From Callorhinchus milii (taxonomy: Eukaryota): a DNA stretch of 64,000 bases. Positions 49,530 through 62,620 of this stretch are shown one piece after another. Made by a program: the position numbers and the translations under genes. The notes beneath the pieces are model-generated. The model worked only from the letters and a program-made list of their open reading frames with translations. It was not told the origin of the DNA and made no database searches. How positions within the stretch are numbered: the stretch's first letter is position 1; each line of letters begins with the position of its first letter. The stretch lies in contig NW_024704743.1 in the NCBI RefSeq assembly GCF_018977255.1, positions 7,132,001 through 7,196,000 of the forward strand, read 5' to 3'.

Positions 49530-50022
49530 CCACATCCTCACAACAAATGCCCCCTCTACCACAACCTCACGTCAAAACCTTCATACATGCCAAGGTAGGA
49601 GTCATCTCCTACCTTGACTTCTCATTGGACATCCCCAGTTCCGCCTTCCACAAGGTCCAGCTAATCCCAAACTCCACACTCACATCCTCACCTACAGCAA
49701 ACTCCGCTCGCCCATCACCTCAATCCTCTACAGGCTCCACTGACTCTCTGTCTCTGAATAGATCAACTACAAGATCCTCACCCTCCATCATATACAAATC
49801 CCTTCATGTCTCCCTATCTCTCTAAACTCCTTGTACTTAATTCCTCTGTCTGCACCCCTACCCCTTCCCCCCCTCATGCTCATCAACACAGGCCTGCTGT
49901 GTTCCCTTTGCTCCAACATTGATAGCCGAGCTTTGAGTCATTACTTTGGAACTCTCTGCCATTATCCCTCTTCCTTGTCCCCTCTCTATCTGTTTTTAAA
50001 TCCCACCTTAAAATCTACCTCT
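49530..50022 (+). mobile_element. Old L2 3' fragment
   Basis: KTFIHA..LDFS..FHKVQLIPNS; tttaaatcccaccttaaaatctacctcttt. Confidence 0.65.
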
Positions 50023-50285
50023 TTGTGGGACTGTTGGTCAGGACATCAGGAAAAACACCCTTCTCTTTCTCAATAATGCCACGTGATCTTTAACGTCTAC
50101 CTGAACAGGCAGATGGCACCTCAGTTTTAACATCTCATCCAAAGGATAGCACCTCTGACAATGCAACACCCCCTACCCCCAGCACTGTGTCAGCTTAGAC
50201 TATCTGTGGTCAAATTCCACCATGGGATTCGAACCAAAACTTTCAGATTCAGAGGCAAGAGGGCCACCACTGAGCCAGGCTGACA
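50022..50285 (-). mobile_element. DeuSINE-like SINE 5' half
   Basis: gatctttaacgtctacctgaacaggcagat..ttcagattcagaggcaagag..ctgagcca. Confidence 0.8.
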
Positions 50286-50719
50286 CGTCATACATGAAGG
50301 AAGGTCACTTTGAAAGCATTACAATTCTCTCTCCACCCAATATCCATTTTGTACAGTCGTGATAACTGAATAATATTTGGAGCAAGGATGACCAAAACTT
50401 TTTTGTTACAATGGAACCACACATCGCATAACATGTCTTAATTCTATAACATTGTATTACAAATAATAATAATAATAATCCTTATACTTGATATAGCGCT
50501 TTATCATGTCATTGAGCCATCTCAAAGTGCTTCACAGAATATACTGCAAAGTGATCTGAATGTGGGAGAAATGGTAACAATAAAAGGAAAGGCTTTAAAT
50601 AATTTTCTCTCTCACTTTTTTTTAACAAAGGTTGTTTTAAGATTCCCTTATCTTCCTTATTGACCACACCAGTCATTCCTTGTCATTCCTTGTTTGCCGT
50701 GACGAACTGGACAAATGTA

Positions 50720-50733
50720 GTTACCATGGCAAC
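50720..50733. promoter_or_regulatory. RFX X-box GTTACCATGGCAAC
   Basis: Exact match to the palindromic RFX consensus GTTRCCATGGYAAC in unique sequence. Confidence 0.5.
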
Positions 50734-51547
50734 AGTAATCCATGAATGGACAAGGAGCTCCTCAGTGGTCAGTTGTGTTATGCTTTTTTTGTCTCTTTTG
50801 TCCTGTAACAAATGGGCCTCCCAGACAAGAGGAGGAACCAGCCTGAGCAAACATGACCTAATGGGGGTCTTGCTGGCTGCCAGGAGTCTGTCATTGGCAC
50901 AAAGGAAATGAGAGTATCTCTGTACACTGAAGTGTATTGTCACAAAGGTGGCTTTAAAACACCAGTTTCATTAATAGATTGTAGCCTTTAATATAGGCTG
51001 AGAAAAATAACAACCTTTCTATTTAATAATCCTTGCATTTGATACAGTGCCGATGAGCCAGGCTGGATTTGGAAGGGCAGACCTGTCACTGGGGGCAGGG
51101 AATCATCCAACTCAGCTCCTGTTAACCCTGCAAGCTCATGCCCTAATGGCGAGGGTGGTCCCAGCTGGACAAGCAGCAGAAAAGCTTGCCGGAGTCACAC
51201 GGTTGAGTGTTCAAACACCAGATCAAGACCTGAGCTCATAGATTAAACTACTGTGTAGTACTGGGAGATTGCTGCATTGTCAGAGGTGATATCTTTCACA
51301 CAAGTCTTTAAACTGAGGTTCTGTCTCCCTGTTTCTTATGCTCACTGAGTTGGTTTAAAAGAGAATGGTAAACATGATTTTTAGATGTACAAAACAAAGT
51401 TATGAATATTGTATGCACTGAATCAGATGTGAGGTTCCACATGGGGAATGTCTTACTTCAGCAATGGAAGATGATAAACATTGACTCAATAATAATGTAT
51501 AACTAGAATATCATGCATTCCGAAAGTTGTATATAAAGAACAATTTT

Positions 51548-52050
51548 AGCCTGGCTCAGTTGGTAGAACTCTCACCTCTGAGTCAGAAAGTTCTGGTTCC
51601 AGCACCATATCAGGATTTTGAACTCATATAGTTCATAATTAACACTCAGCTACAATGCTGGGGTGTGCTGTGTTGTCAGAAGAGTTGTTCTTTTGATTGA
51701 AATGTTATGGACATCTAGCTATGGCACTAATCAAAAGGAGAAGGGAGTTTCTCCCCGTGTCGTGGCCAACAATCCTCCAAATAAAATTAATCATTCACTT
51801 CATGGTTGTTTGTGGGAGATTGCTGTACACAAATCAACTGCAGCGTTTACTTACAAACAACAACAACAACAACAACAAGATTCCATTTATAAAGCGCCTT
51901 TCACGTCAGGAGGACGTCCCAAGGCGCTGCACAGTTGGGTCATGACCCGAGCAGGGGGGAAATGGTCAGGGTGAGGGAAGGGAACTATACAAAATATAGT
52001 TACTACACTTTACAGTCAACTCTTCAAAGCTCTCTGAGATGTTTGACGTG
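51548..52050 (+). mobile_element. DeuSINE-like SINE with nested young L2 3' end (~51857-51980, - strand)
   Basis: tggctcagttggtagaactctcacctctgagtcag head; insert nearly identical to the reverse complement of 18268-18374. Confidence 0.85.
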
Positions 52051-53019
52051 AATTTTATCCCTTTGTTCGTTTAAACGGCATCCCAGTATATTCTGGACAT
52101 TGCAAGGCTTTTAAGCTTCTATAACTTCTGACATCTGAAAGAAATCTTTCCCCTTCTCTGATTTACGGAAAGCATTTTGTCATTTTTATTACTAAATGAC
52201 ATGTCAAGAATATCTTACAACATAGCATCCAAAGTGCTCAACAGATAGGGAGAGGGACAATGGAGAATTCATTCTAGCTGCTACTGTTGACTGAACAATG
52301 CCATACATCTTTAACGAGTCCAGTTGTAAAGTGATAGCAGACTGCAACGTTTGTTTTGACAGACTATGGTAACATAGATTTATCATGTCTAGCAGGTAAC
52401 TACTTACTATGATTTATTACTCCCGAAATGCCAAATTATTTCCTATTCGTCCCTAAAGTTATATTTTACATGTTGCATCATATTTTGTTATTTCAAGTTG
52501 TTTATGTGCTGAATGATAATGCAGAATAATTAACTTACACAGCAGTTACATTGGGTCATTTGAGAATATCAGATTGCCAGTGTAATGCATATTTCTGCGG
52601 GACGCTGCTGTGCACAATTGGCTGCCGGGTTTTGCTCACAAAACATAGTCAATGCACTTCACAGTATATTCTGTGAAGCGCTTTGAGATGTCTCGAAGAC
52701 GTGATGAGATGCTATATCAAATGCAACGATTATTATTCTTATTTCTGCATGCACACGGATAGAGGAATTTTCCACATGGTGCACTATTTACAGTGACGAG
52801 ACTGTGTTTTGCCCAGGGTTTGAGGACTGACACAGAACATGCACCAAGTGTAACATTTCTCTCCCTCTTCCAATAGAAAGCATGCAGAGTTACGTCTTTA
52901 CCACGGTGTTGTAAAACAGAGCGGTGTTGTGACTGTTTGAAAGGGCATTTCCCACCTTGAGTAAGTACTGTGTGCAATTCTGCTTACCACGCTAAGGTAA
53001 GAACTACTTGGTATAGGTG

Positions 53020-53155
53020 AGGCCACAGGAAAGAACAGCTACATTGATGCCTGGAATTTGATACTCGAAAGGTTTCGGCAGTTGGGAATGTTCACACTGG
53101 GGAAGAGAAGGCTTGGGGAAGATCTGATTGAAGTCTATAAGAACCTTAAGCGATT
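53020..53155 (+). mobile_element. CR1 ORF2 remnant
   Basis: ERFRQLGMFTLGKRRLGEDLIEVYKNLK. Confidence 0.75.
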
Positions 53156-54182
53156 AAACTATTTTTTGGTTCAACCAGGTGTACGACGGGTGTGCATATC
53201 CATCATCAACAACAACAAATTACATTTGTACAGCGCCTTTCATGTCGGGAGGATGTCCCAAAGTGCTGGAATCACCATATATTATCACAATGCTTAAGAG
53301 TAACCAAACCACATGTGTTCCATATATGTGTGTAATTTACACATAAAAATTCCCCTGTGTTGGAATGGGATTTGCACGCTCCCCTGGAGCAACGCATCCT
53401 GCTTACCTAATTCCAGAGAGCATTAACCACAAGCTGGCAGGAACCAAGGCTTGGACACGCCAAGTACACTAACAATGCAGGAGGGAGCATTTTCTGTATT
53501 TCCTTTTATTTTCCTTAATTTATTTAAGGAGCACTTCAACAACCACAGCAACAAATTGCATTTATGTAGCGCTTTTCATGTCGGGAGGACGTCCCAAGGC
53601 GCTGGACCTTAACACACACCAGTGAGAGGCTACTCTTTCCATACAAATGGTTTGTTTCTCTCAGGATTCTAGCACCGCTGGATGGTGACCCTGAGATGAG
53701 TGACTTTATCTTGTAAATTTTAGACCCTACCTCGAGTTCTAGGTTGCTATCGTATTTCTTTGCTGAAGCTTTGCTGGAGTTAGAGGGCTGCTATCTAAGC
53801 GCTCCTCACCAAAGCATTATCTTTTAGCAATCAGCCTACAGGCTTCGGGCCCAACCCGCCCAATCATTAAAAGTAAATTTTTTGTTCTATGCTGGTTAAA
53901 GCAGGTAAACAAAGAGGCACGGATTCAAAGTCAGGGGAACAAGCCAGTTCAGATTTAATTGCTTATGCAGAGAAGGGTGAATCTGATATAGACTACCTAG
54001 GGAGTCAGATTGTGTCAGCACAATATACGAGGGAATTAATCTGAAGAACTGTAATTATTGTGTAATAATGCTTACATTTGATGTAGTGTCTTTCACGTCA
54101 GAAGAATGTCTCAAAGCATTTCACAAGATATACTGTAACGTGTAGTGACTGTTATTTTATGGGCAAACATGGCAGTCAATTT

Positions 54183-54828
54183 ACAACAACAACAAAATTA
54201 CATTTATAGAGCGCCTTTCACGTCGGGAGACGTCCGAAAGCGCTCAAGAGTCAGGTGTTCGGGGCCGGAGCATGGGGGAAGGGTGGTGTAGGATGAGGGA
54301 AGGCAGAGAGGTGGGAGGGAGACCAAAGGCACGGTCGAAGAGAAGGGTATTGAGCCCGGCCTTGAAAGAGGCAAGGGAGGAAGCGAGGCGAAGGGACCGT
54401 GGGATGGAGTTCCAGAGTGTGGGGGCAGAGAGGCTGAAAGCCCGGCCGCCGATGGTAGTGCGGGTCGGGCGGGAGACATGGAGCAGGCCAGAGCCCATGA
54501 ACGAGAGAGTGAGCAGGTTGGTAGGGAGTCAGCAGGTCAGAGAGGTAGGAGGGGCAAGGCCATGGATGGCCTTAAATGTGAAGACGAGGATCTTGAACAC
54601 GATCCTCTGGGGGATGGGGAGCCATTTGAGTCGGGAGAGGGTGGGAGTGATGGGGTCGCGGAGCCTGGTGTGCGAGAGTACAAGAGTTTTGGATGACCTG
54701 CAGTTTGTGAAGGGAAGAGTTGGGAAGGCCGATGAGGAGGGAGTTCCCGTAATCGAGCCTTGAGGTGACGAATGCGTGGGTGAGGGTTTCGGCAGCCTGA
54801 GGGAGTGGCAGAGTCTGGCAATGTTGCA
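54183..54828 (-). mobile_element. L2 LINE 3' ~650 bp abutting a SINE tail (54050-54183)
   Basis: HAFVTSRLDYGNSLLIG, WLPIPQRIVFKIL, GGRAFSLSAPTLWNSIP. Confidence 0.95.
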
Positions 54829-55239
54829 GAGTGTTACACACTGCAATACGCTCCAGCAAAGGATTATGCCTTTAAGGGAGGAGGGGGGGAATTATGCTTT
54901 CAATTTACTTCTAAATTACACGTATGTCTGCAGTTAATAAATCCATTGTGTAAATAATTAAGGAGTAATCTTAAGAGTGTTGTAAGTTAAAATTGGTCAT
55001 TCACTTGATGGCTGTTTGTGAGACACTGCTGGTTGCAAATTGACTGCTGCATCCGCCTACACGCTACTCCGTCACTTCACTTCACAGTAAAATTGTGAAG
55101 CTCTTTGAGACATCCTCCCAACGTGACCAGCAATCTAACAAATTCAAGGAGCCTATTGATCTCCTGCTCCCCTGCCCACAGTCTTTGTAGCTTGTGTGAG
55201 TGAGAAACAAGCTTCTGTAGGACCATGTATCAGAAGTGA

Positions 55240-55632
55240 GTTTGGCTCAGTTGGAAGCACTCTCGCCTCCGAGTCAGGTTGTGGGTTCAAATCTACTTCA
55301 AACCCATATAGTCTATTCTGCGGTGTGCGCTGCATTGTTAGAGATGTTGTCCTTTAGACGTGAGGTCCTGTCTGCCTGTTTGGGTGGATGTTAAAGATCC
55401 CTTGGCACTATTTGAAAAGATAGGAGAGTTTCTCCCTGTGTCCTGGCCAACAATATCTCAAATAAAGTTGTCTGTGGGGCAATTTCTGTATGCAAATGGG
55501 CTACTTTCACTCACAAAACACAGTCACTGCATTTTATGGCATATCCTGTGAACCGCTTTGAGAGTCTCCTGAAATGAAAGCCACGTTATCGGTTGTAAGG
55601 ATTATTAGTATTAGTAGTAGTAGTATTATTAT
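55240..55632 (+). mobile_element. DeuSINE-like SINE
   Basis: tggctcagttggaagcactctcgcctccgagtcagg; aaagatcccttggcactattt; gtgtcctggccaac. Confidence 0.85.
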
Positions 55633-56806
55633 GTAAATAGATAATCCCAGACGGAGGAGACAGCTATAGCCATCAAACCATGAGGGGATGGAACCCAACA
55701 CCGATAATCCACAAATGCAATGTATTTAGTCAAATCTCAGTAAACTGGCATTGGTTGGAGTTTTGGTTTCACCAACTTGAGCATTTTGAAGTCAAATGGA
55801 CTCCAGAAATGGAAAACCAACCCAGGTAAACTTTTGCTCACTTGTGTTTCGCTCACAAAATACACAGTCACTCCACTTTACAGTATATCCTGCAAAGCGC
55901 TTTGAGATGTCTCAACGACGTAATAAGGCGCTATACCAAATGCAAGGATTATTATTTTCATCAACTTTCGGAATGACTGAAAAGAAATCCTTTTTACAAC
56001 TACTTTTGTAATGCAGTTGTTTAAAAACGCGAGTTTGGCTAACTTTAACTTGTCAGCCTCGGCTGAGTAAAGTTTGTGGAACAGGTGGGTAATCAGAGTT
56101 TGAATAACTTCCACTAGAGCACTCTCGCTCAAAAAACCTGATGTCATTTCCATTTTTACCTGTAAGGTGGGGGAGGGGGGGGCATTCAAATGAAGTCTTC
56201 AAGAACACCAGCAATGTGCAATCCTTTGAGTCGAATTGTCTCATCCCCTCAATACTAGGATAAAACTAGGGTTTAACAGGATCTATACCAATACTGAGGA
56301 CCTGCAGGAAGCCATCTAGTCTGGAATGGAGGTCACTCGGGTCACACTGCAGACTAGAATGGATCTCCTGCAGTCTGCCATTCAATCTGGCCTGGAGCTC
56401 CTTCAGGGCTTACTCCAGCCTGGCTGTGGTGCCATCCAGTCTGTCACTGAGCAGCTGCACTGCTTGGACCAGTTTGGGCTTTGCAAAATTGAGCAATACT
56501 GCGGCTGAACTAGGTTGGAACATTGTGTTCCTGATAGAAGGAAGCCTTTCAAAAGCAAGCGATGTCATTTATTTGAACGCTGTATACAGTATTTTTGTCT
56601 TATCTGTTATTTTTAATTGCGTTGTAAGTAAATGTCTCCTGGCTGATTACACTCTGGCTTTAAAAATACAAATTCTGGGCTTTGGAGACACAGCAGAGAA
56701 GCAGCTACTGTTAACACATCAGACTAAACAGACACTATAAAACCCTGCTCAATTAGATCAGTCATTATTTTGTCAGTCAGTCAGAGGTGCCTGGAGACGG
56801 ACGCAC

Positions 56807-56905
56807 CCACACAGACACACACACACACATGCATACATACTTACTAACACATCACACACGCGGATCTACAGCACATAGGTACACATGCACATACACAAAC
56901 TCACA
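56807..56905. repeat. (CA)-rich microsatellite region
   Basis: cacacacagacacacacacacacat.. Confidence 0.7.
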
Positions 56906-59900
56906 CTGTGTAACCTGATCATGACAGCCAAGAGATTAATCTCTCCTCACTAAAATGAACAGTTGTGCTAAAATTGGAAGACAGAGGAACAGACACAACA
57001 TTGTACAGAATTACAAAAGAGCATTGTGGTCTAACTGACACAACGGTCCAAAAGTGATCAAAAATAATCATATACGATATATATATCTCTCATATATATC
57101 TCTCATACTCCTCAATCGATTTCTTCACCGCTCAGTCATCTATCATTTTTCCCTCTAGATGTGACATACTTTACCAAGACTAGACACCAATGCTGCATTT
57201 TAAGCCAAGGATATTTTCAATTGAATCCCTGGGAAACTAATAGATATCATTATACTTACCCCGGGCAGGAGAGAGTAGATCAAGAATTGCAGGGTCATGA
57301 TAGGGTATTAGAAAAGCAGATCCACAAGTACATTCTCCATTCCCATAGGTCTCGCGTGCATGCTTTCCTGACTCAAATGCCCAATGCAGTGAGGATTAGA
57401 GCAAAGGCCTTATGACAGGATAATGGCTGTGGCGATTGTGCTCAATGAGATGTCTGGCACCGTGCACTACAAGTACATTCGCACAACAAAGACATTTCCA
57501 ATCTCAGTCACCGAAGGTGCCACATTTCCTCACGTCATGCAGCACATTAATATTTGTTGTTCAGTATAGTATGTCCCTGGGAGTTGTGCAACTAAAAGTC
57601 ACGTCAGGCCCTATTTAACATTCAGAAGGTATTCTAACTATGCTTTTATGCTAACAGTTTCAAGGATGGTACACAGTTAACCCCAATAACACTTAGCAAA
57701 CTTTAGACAATGTTTTGGAAATATTTACAAACAAAACTATTTTTTTCCGGTTGGATTTAAGAGTTGGGAATGAAATCCTCTGATGACTCAGTGAGTATAT
57801 GAGCATTACTTGATGTGGTATTGAACCATCCAAGTTCAGAGGCGGTGGGATCTCTGGTGGGAGTAGGGGTTGAGCCTGGGAGGTACAGTACTACAACTGG
57901 CTATGGGTTGTGGAAGGAAGAAATCAGCAGGGTTTCTACAGATAATAGCATAATTGTGTAAGTTCATGGAAAATAACAAGCTGTGTGGCAATACGTGATA
58001 CAGTGAAGCCTTCTTTTAACGTGGCGGTTAGTATCCATAAAATCCCAACCCACACTGCAATGTGGTGGGTTAGCCAGTCTCACTGCACGCACACCCTGCA
58101 TACTGCTGGTTCCCACGCTAAAAAGACCGACTTCCAGGTCATCGGGTTGCGTGCTAGAAGTGATGTTGACAGCGAACTGATGACCCTAACGTTGTCCATT
58201 TTTATTAATCATGAAAAGCTAAAATGGCTGACGCCCAAGTCATCAGATCTCTGCCAATGTCATTTCCTGTGCACTGTATGTGCACAGCCCGAAAGAAAGT
58301 GACACGGTTGCAACATAGCCATTTCAGCCCAAGAGCAGTCCAGCCAGAATCGAGCAGGCTAAAGAATGGAGTGCACGCTTCAACCGTAATATAATTGAAT
58401 TCACCTTATAAAGAAACGTGTTAAACCTGGACTTGTAAATCTCCTTTGCTTTTGGTTAGCCAGGTGTCTGACAAATAAGCCGAAATCTATTACCGTACTT
58501 AAACGCATCCAACCCAAACTACTGAGAGTTCCACGTATGTTTGGAAATTTCCCTTTGTGTGGAACAAAATGCGTATTCTCTTCCCAGAAGAATCCTCGCT
58601 ACTAACCTAATACTGAACAGTTTAGGCACAGATTGGCGAGAGCCAAGAATGTGCTGGTGAATTGGTTACTGATGGGATTTAACCACCAACTAAAATCTCC
58701 AGCTACGTGCCCAGCTAGCGCCAGCCCATCCATTACGGCTTTGGCATACGGGATTAATAGAAGCCCCGGTGGAAGAATCCCAGTCCCCAGCGCCTGGTCT
58801 GCTCCTTCAAGACCTGTCGAAGAAGTGGGTTGGCTAGTCCATCATGAACAGTGCCCTGTAGTACTGCCTGACTCAGAAGCTGACCTGTCATCAGTGGATC
58901 CACCAGAAGTTACTGCAAGGGGAAAGGTGAATGGCATTAAATCATCAGGCTGCTAGCATGTACGGGGTGTGGGTTGGGGGCTGGTATGGGCGTCCAAGTC
59001 CCCCTCAAACATGTCAGTTTCATTTATTTTTCTCTGTAAATGCCAATGTGCTCACGATGTTGGCACAAGCCTGCAGAACAGCCAATTGGGTAAGGGAGCG
59101 GAGGAACTCGACCTCGGTGTGAGTCACCGTCTTCACAGAAAAAACATTAACGTTGTGAGGTGTAATAGGAGGAAGAGAATTATGGAAAAGAACCTACAGG
59201 TGACATAATCCGCATACCTCATGCTCATGAAGTCATGCAGTCCAGCCTCATTGATGCTTTACATCTCACAGGTCCTATGAGATCATGACTTGAAGCTGCT
59301 TCTTGAGCAGCAATAGGTCAGCTTAAAGGGGGAGAGGGGAACAAGGATGAGCTAGCGTTCTGTAAAGTAACCCTAGCTCACTCAAGTGGGGGCCTGGTCG
59401 ACACGCTCTAGAGCAAATGTAATACTTCCCTGCAGAACAGAGTGGTGGGGGTGGGGAGATGGTGGTAAGCGACCTGCTACAGATGCCAACTTGCGATCAG
59501 AAGATCAGATCTGTAGAGTATTAAAGCTCTTTAGTTCTGCAACGCTGCACACTGTATGTATAAAAGGGGAATACTTTGAGGCACTATAATACATTCCTTG
59601 AATTTAGTACATTTTATCCCTTTGAAAAAAGATCCTTTTTAAAATACTGTTACACTATTATTCATCCAGGCACGCTTTCTTTTGAACGCTTTGAGTTAAT
59701 GTGACAGTTGCTCTCATTAAATGAGAAGCTCCAGTCAGATGTGAAATTGACCCCTGAATGTTGCTCCTTATTCTATAAATACTTCCATAATTCTGCTGCC
59801 AGGGCCTAGTACTTTGGGCCAGACAGCCTGCGCTGTGCCTGACTGATTTCCTTGTCTAGGTGTCAGGTACAGCTCCTGTTTGTAACTGCATCAGTCGGCT

Positions 59901-60659
59901 GGTATTTCCTGTGCAAAAAATGATGGTCTGAGCAAGGTCCTTCCCTTGACCTCCACACGACACTGGGCCATGAATAAGTGGGTTTGTTACTACCCTTCGT
60001 GCTAAGTTGTCTCTGAGGAAGTCTTCTGTTAAGCGGCAACAGTTTTCCATTTCAGTGCCACATACGCCAGCTGCTTGTTATTTCACTTGGCTGAGGCTGA
60101 CGAGCTAATGGGATGTTTTATTTCCACTACAAGCTTCCTGCTTTCCTAACGGACTGGGGCAGAGGGCTTTTTTTCTTCCAAACCCACAAAACCCACTGCT
60201 TATTACTGAAGAACTTGTTCTGTAAGGGCTATGAGAGCACTGTGCAAAGGCCAATAGGAATGTTGCGGAGCGATTGGAAGTCTAGAGTTGATACAGTGGA
60301 TATGACGATATCTATAAGATCTTATTTTCATTTCTTTTTTTAATCCCTTAAAGGAGCCATATCCTTTTTACAAAATACAGATCCCCAGCCCAAAGTCATC
60401 CAACTATAGCTCTCTGTGCACTCTTGGCTTGAGATTGTTACCTCACCTTCCACCTTCTTCCTCACTTGGTGTCCAACCCTGCCCCTGCGCAGCACTCTGA
60501 GACACTATCCTGTGTGAAGGCGCCATCTAAATGCAAGTTGTTGCTGTTGAGTATTTTCTTCAATATTATATTATTAGTGAGTTCAGAATCGTGTAACAAC
60601 AACAACTTGCATTTATATAGTGCCTTTCGCACCAGACGGTATCTCAGAGCAATTAAATA

Positions 60660-61090
60660 CGTGTAGCGTATTGGATAGTGCACTCGCTTCACAAGCGAGA
60701 GGATCCGGGTTCGATTCCCGGGCAGAGCAAAAAACTTAGGCACGTTTCATCGAACCAAACGCCTCTGTTTACTTAGCAGTAAGTAGGAACCTGGTTGTTA
60801 GCCAAACCTCATCGCCTTGGGACGTCCTCCTGATGTGAAAGGCACTATACAAATGTAATTTTGTTGTTGTTGTTGTTAGTCGATTTTCAGATTGCTTTCT
60901 GGGGTAATAATCCCTTCAAAATAAATAAATAATTTGGTCATTCAATCCACAACTGTTTGTGGAACACCGCTGTGCGCAATTGGCTGCTGTGTTTCACCCA
61001 CAAAATATACAGTCAGTTCACTTTACAGTATATTTTGCGAAGTGTTTTGAGACATCTCAATGACGTGATAAGGCGCTATATCAAATACAA
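60660..61090 (+). mobile_element. Second tRNA-SINE family, full length, with nested L2 tail (~60801-60879)
   Basis: tgtagcgtattggatagtgc..gggttcgattcccgggcag; body resumes tcgattttcag. Confidence 0.85.
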
Positions 61091-61288
61091 AATAGCTATC
61101 AAATATCCTGAGTAATTATTTGAAACGCACCATCTTCTTTTTCCCCTCTTCATTTTTCTCTCCTCTTTTTCAGAAGGTGCTCGGGCACACACTTCAGTAT
61201 TTCCCCCAAGTGGGGAATATTGATGCATGAGCCAAGGCTGTGTGTCAGCAGGCTATGCAGTAATGGTGGGGGTGGGAGGGGATATCAT

Positions 61289-61496
61289 TCTCTGGAACTA
61301 TAGATCCCCCCACCTCGCCTCTTCCCTATACCTTCAAAGCCCACCTTAAAAATAAATTATCTTTTTGACTGCGGTTTCAGTCGCCTTTCCCTCCCTCCCC
61401 ACCAGCTTGGGTGACCCCACTCTGTGTAAAGTGCTTTGAGATATCCTCCTGATATGAAAGGCCCCAAATAAATCTAACATTGATGTTGTGTCACAC
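61289..61496 (+). repeat. Old L2 3' end, copy 1 of a local ~207-bp duplication
   Basis: Near-identical to 62712-62918. Confidence 0.9.
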
Positions 61497-62329
61497 GTAG
61501 CCCCGTTCTGCCTTCACCAGACATCCATACATAATAATCCAGTAATACCTAAGAGGACATTTCAAAGTGAAGTTCTTCACAGAATAGATTATGAAGTGTA
61601 GTGACTGTGTATTTTTTCACAGTAGCCAATTTGCACGCAACAAGTCCACAAACAGCCATTAAGTGAATAGCCAATTTTATTTGGGGGACTGTTGCTCAGA
61701 ACACCAGAAGAAACTCCTCTTTTTGACCAAACTTGATCCGAGCATCAAACCTGGAGTTTCTATGGCGCCGCTTCCCCAGTGGGTAGTAAAGTTACTAACT
61801 GACCCATTGGGAGAACAGAAGGGGTCAAATCGGAAACATCTTTGTTCATATGTTGAAGGAAACGGCTTGCTCCCCAAATTACATATTTAGTGAATTTTCT
61901 ATCCTGTCGATCAGGAAGGTCCCAGCTTTGATACCTGGCTGACCTCACCTGGGAGGTGGTCAGGATGCTTCACCTTCAAATGCTCCAGGATGCTACCCCA
62001 TGTGAAGGGCGCGATATATGTGCAAGTTGTTGTTGTTGTTGAAACCTTTGAACAAGGGAGAGAAGAAACAGCCTAGGTAACTGACCAATTCCGCTGGACT
62101 CCCTATGTTTGTGGACTTAGGGTGAGGGCTGGGTTAAACTCTGTTGTGATTCCGCCCTCCCCCTATGGCTGTTGACACTCATTCTCTGGAGTCGTGCAAG
62201 GAATGCCCACTCGAGCTGGAAGGCAGCCAGGTCCCTGGACTTGAACCTGACAATGATTCAGCATGTTTGGAGAAGGGGGAGGAAGAATGAGCGGAGAAAG
62301 GAAAAAAGTCTCCTGACAATGGGGTATTA

Positions 62330-62620
62330 TTCAGTGCAGTACTGGGGGAGCAATGGGGACAAATCAGAGGTGTCATCCTTTGCACGAGACGTTAACTGAG
62401 GTCCTGTCTTCTTGTTCAGTGGACGTAAAAAGATCCCGTAACACGGTTTTAAAAGAGAAGGTAATTTCTACTGGTCATTCACTCCATGGTTGTTTGTGGG
62501 ACATTACTGTAAGCAAACTGGCTTTCGTGTTCACCAACAAAGACACAATCACTTGCCTTTACAGTAAAACTCTGTGAAGCACTTGGAGATGTATTTGATG
62601 TGATGAGCTGTTATGTTAAA
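62330..62620 (+). mobile_element. DeuSINE-like SINE
   Basis: cagtgcagtactgggggag..gtggacgtaaaaagatccc..gtgggacattactg. Confidence 0.75.

Noticed and set aside
57252..57290. Resemblance to the U1 snRNA 5' end (atacttacc..ggcagg.gaga..gatca.gaa)
   Set aside because: Similarity stops after ~35 nt; better explained as an antisense splice donor or chance
58633..58956. 107-aa ORF and a - strand acceptor-like site near 58913-58935
   Set aside because: No recognisable protein, and no consistent exon chain could be built
59349..59380. Short hairpin tgagctag..ctagctca
   Set aside because: An 8-bp perfect stem is within chance expectation
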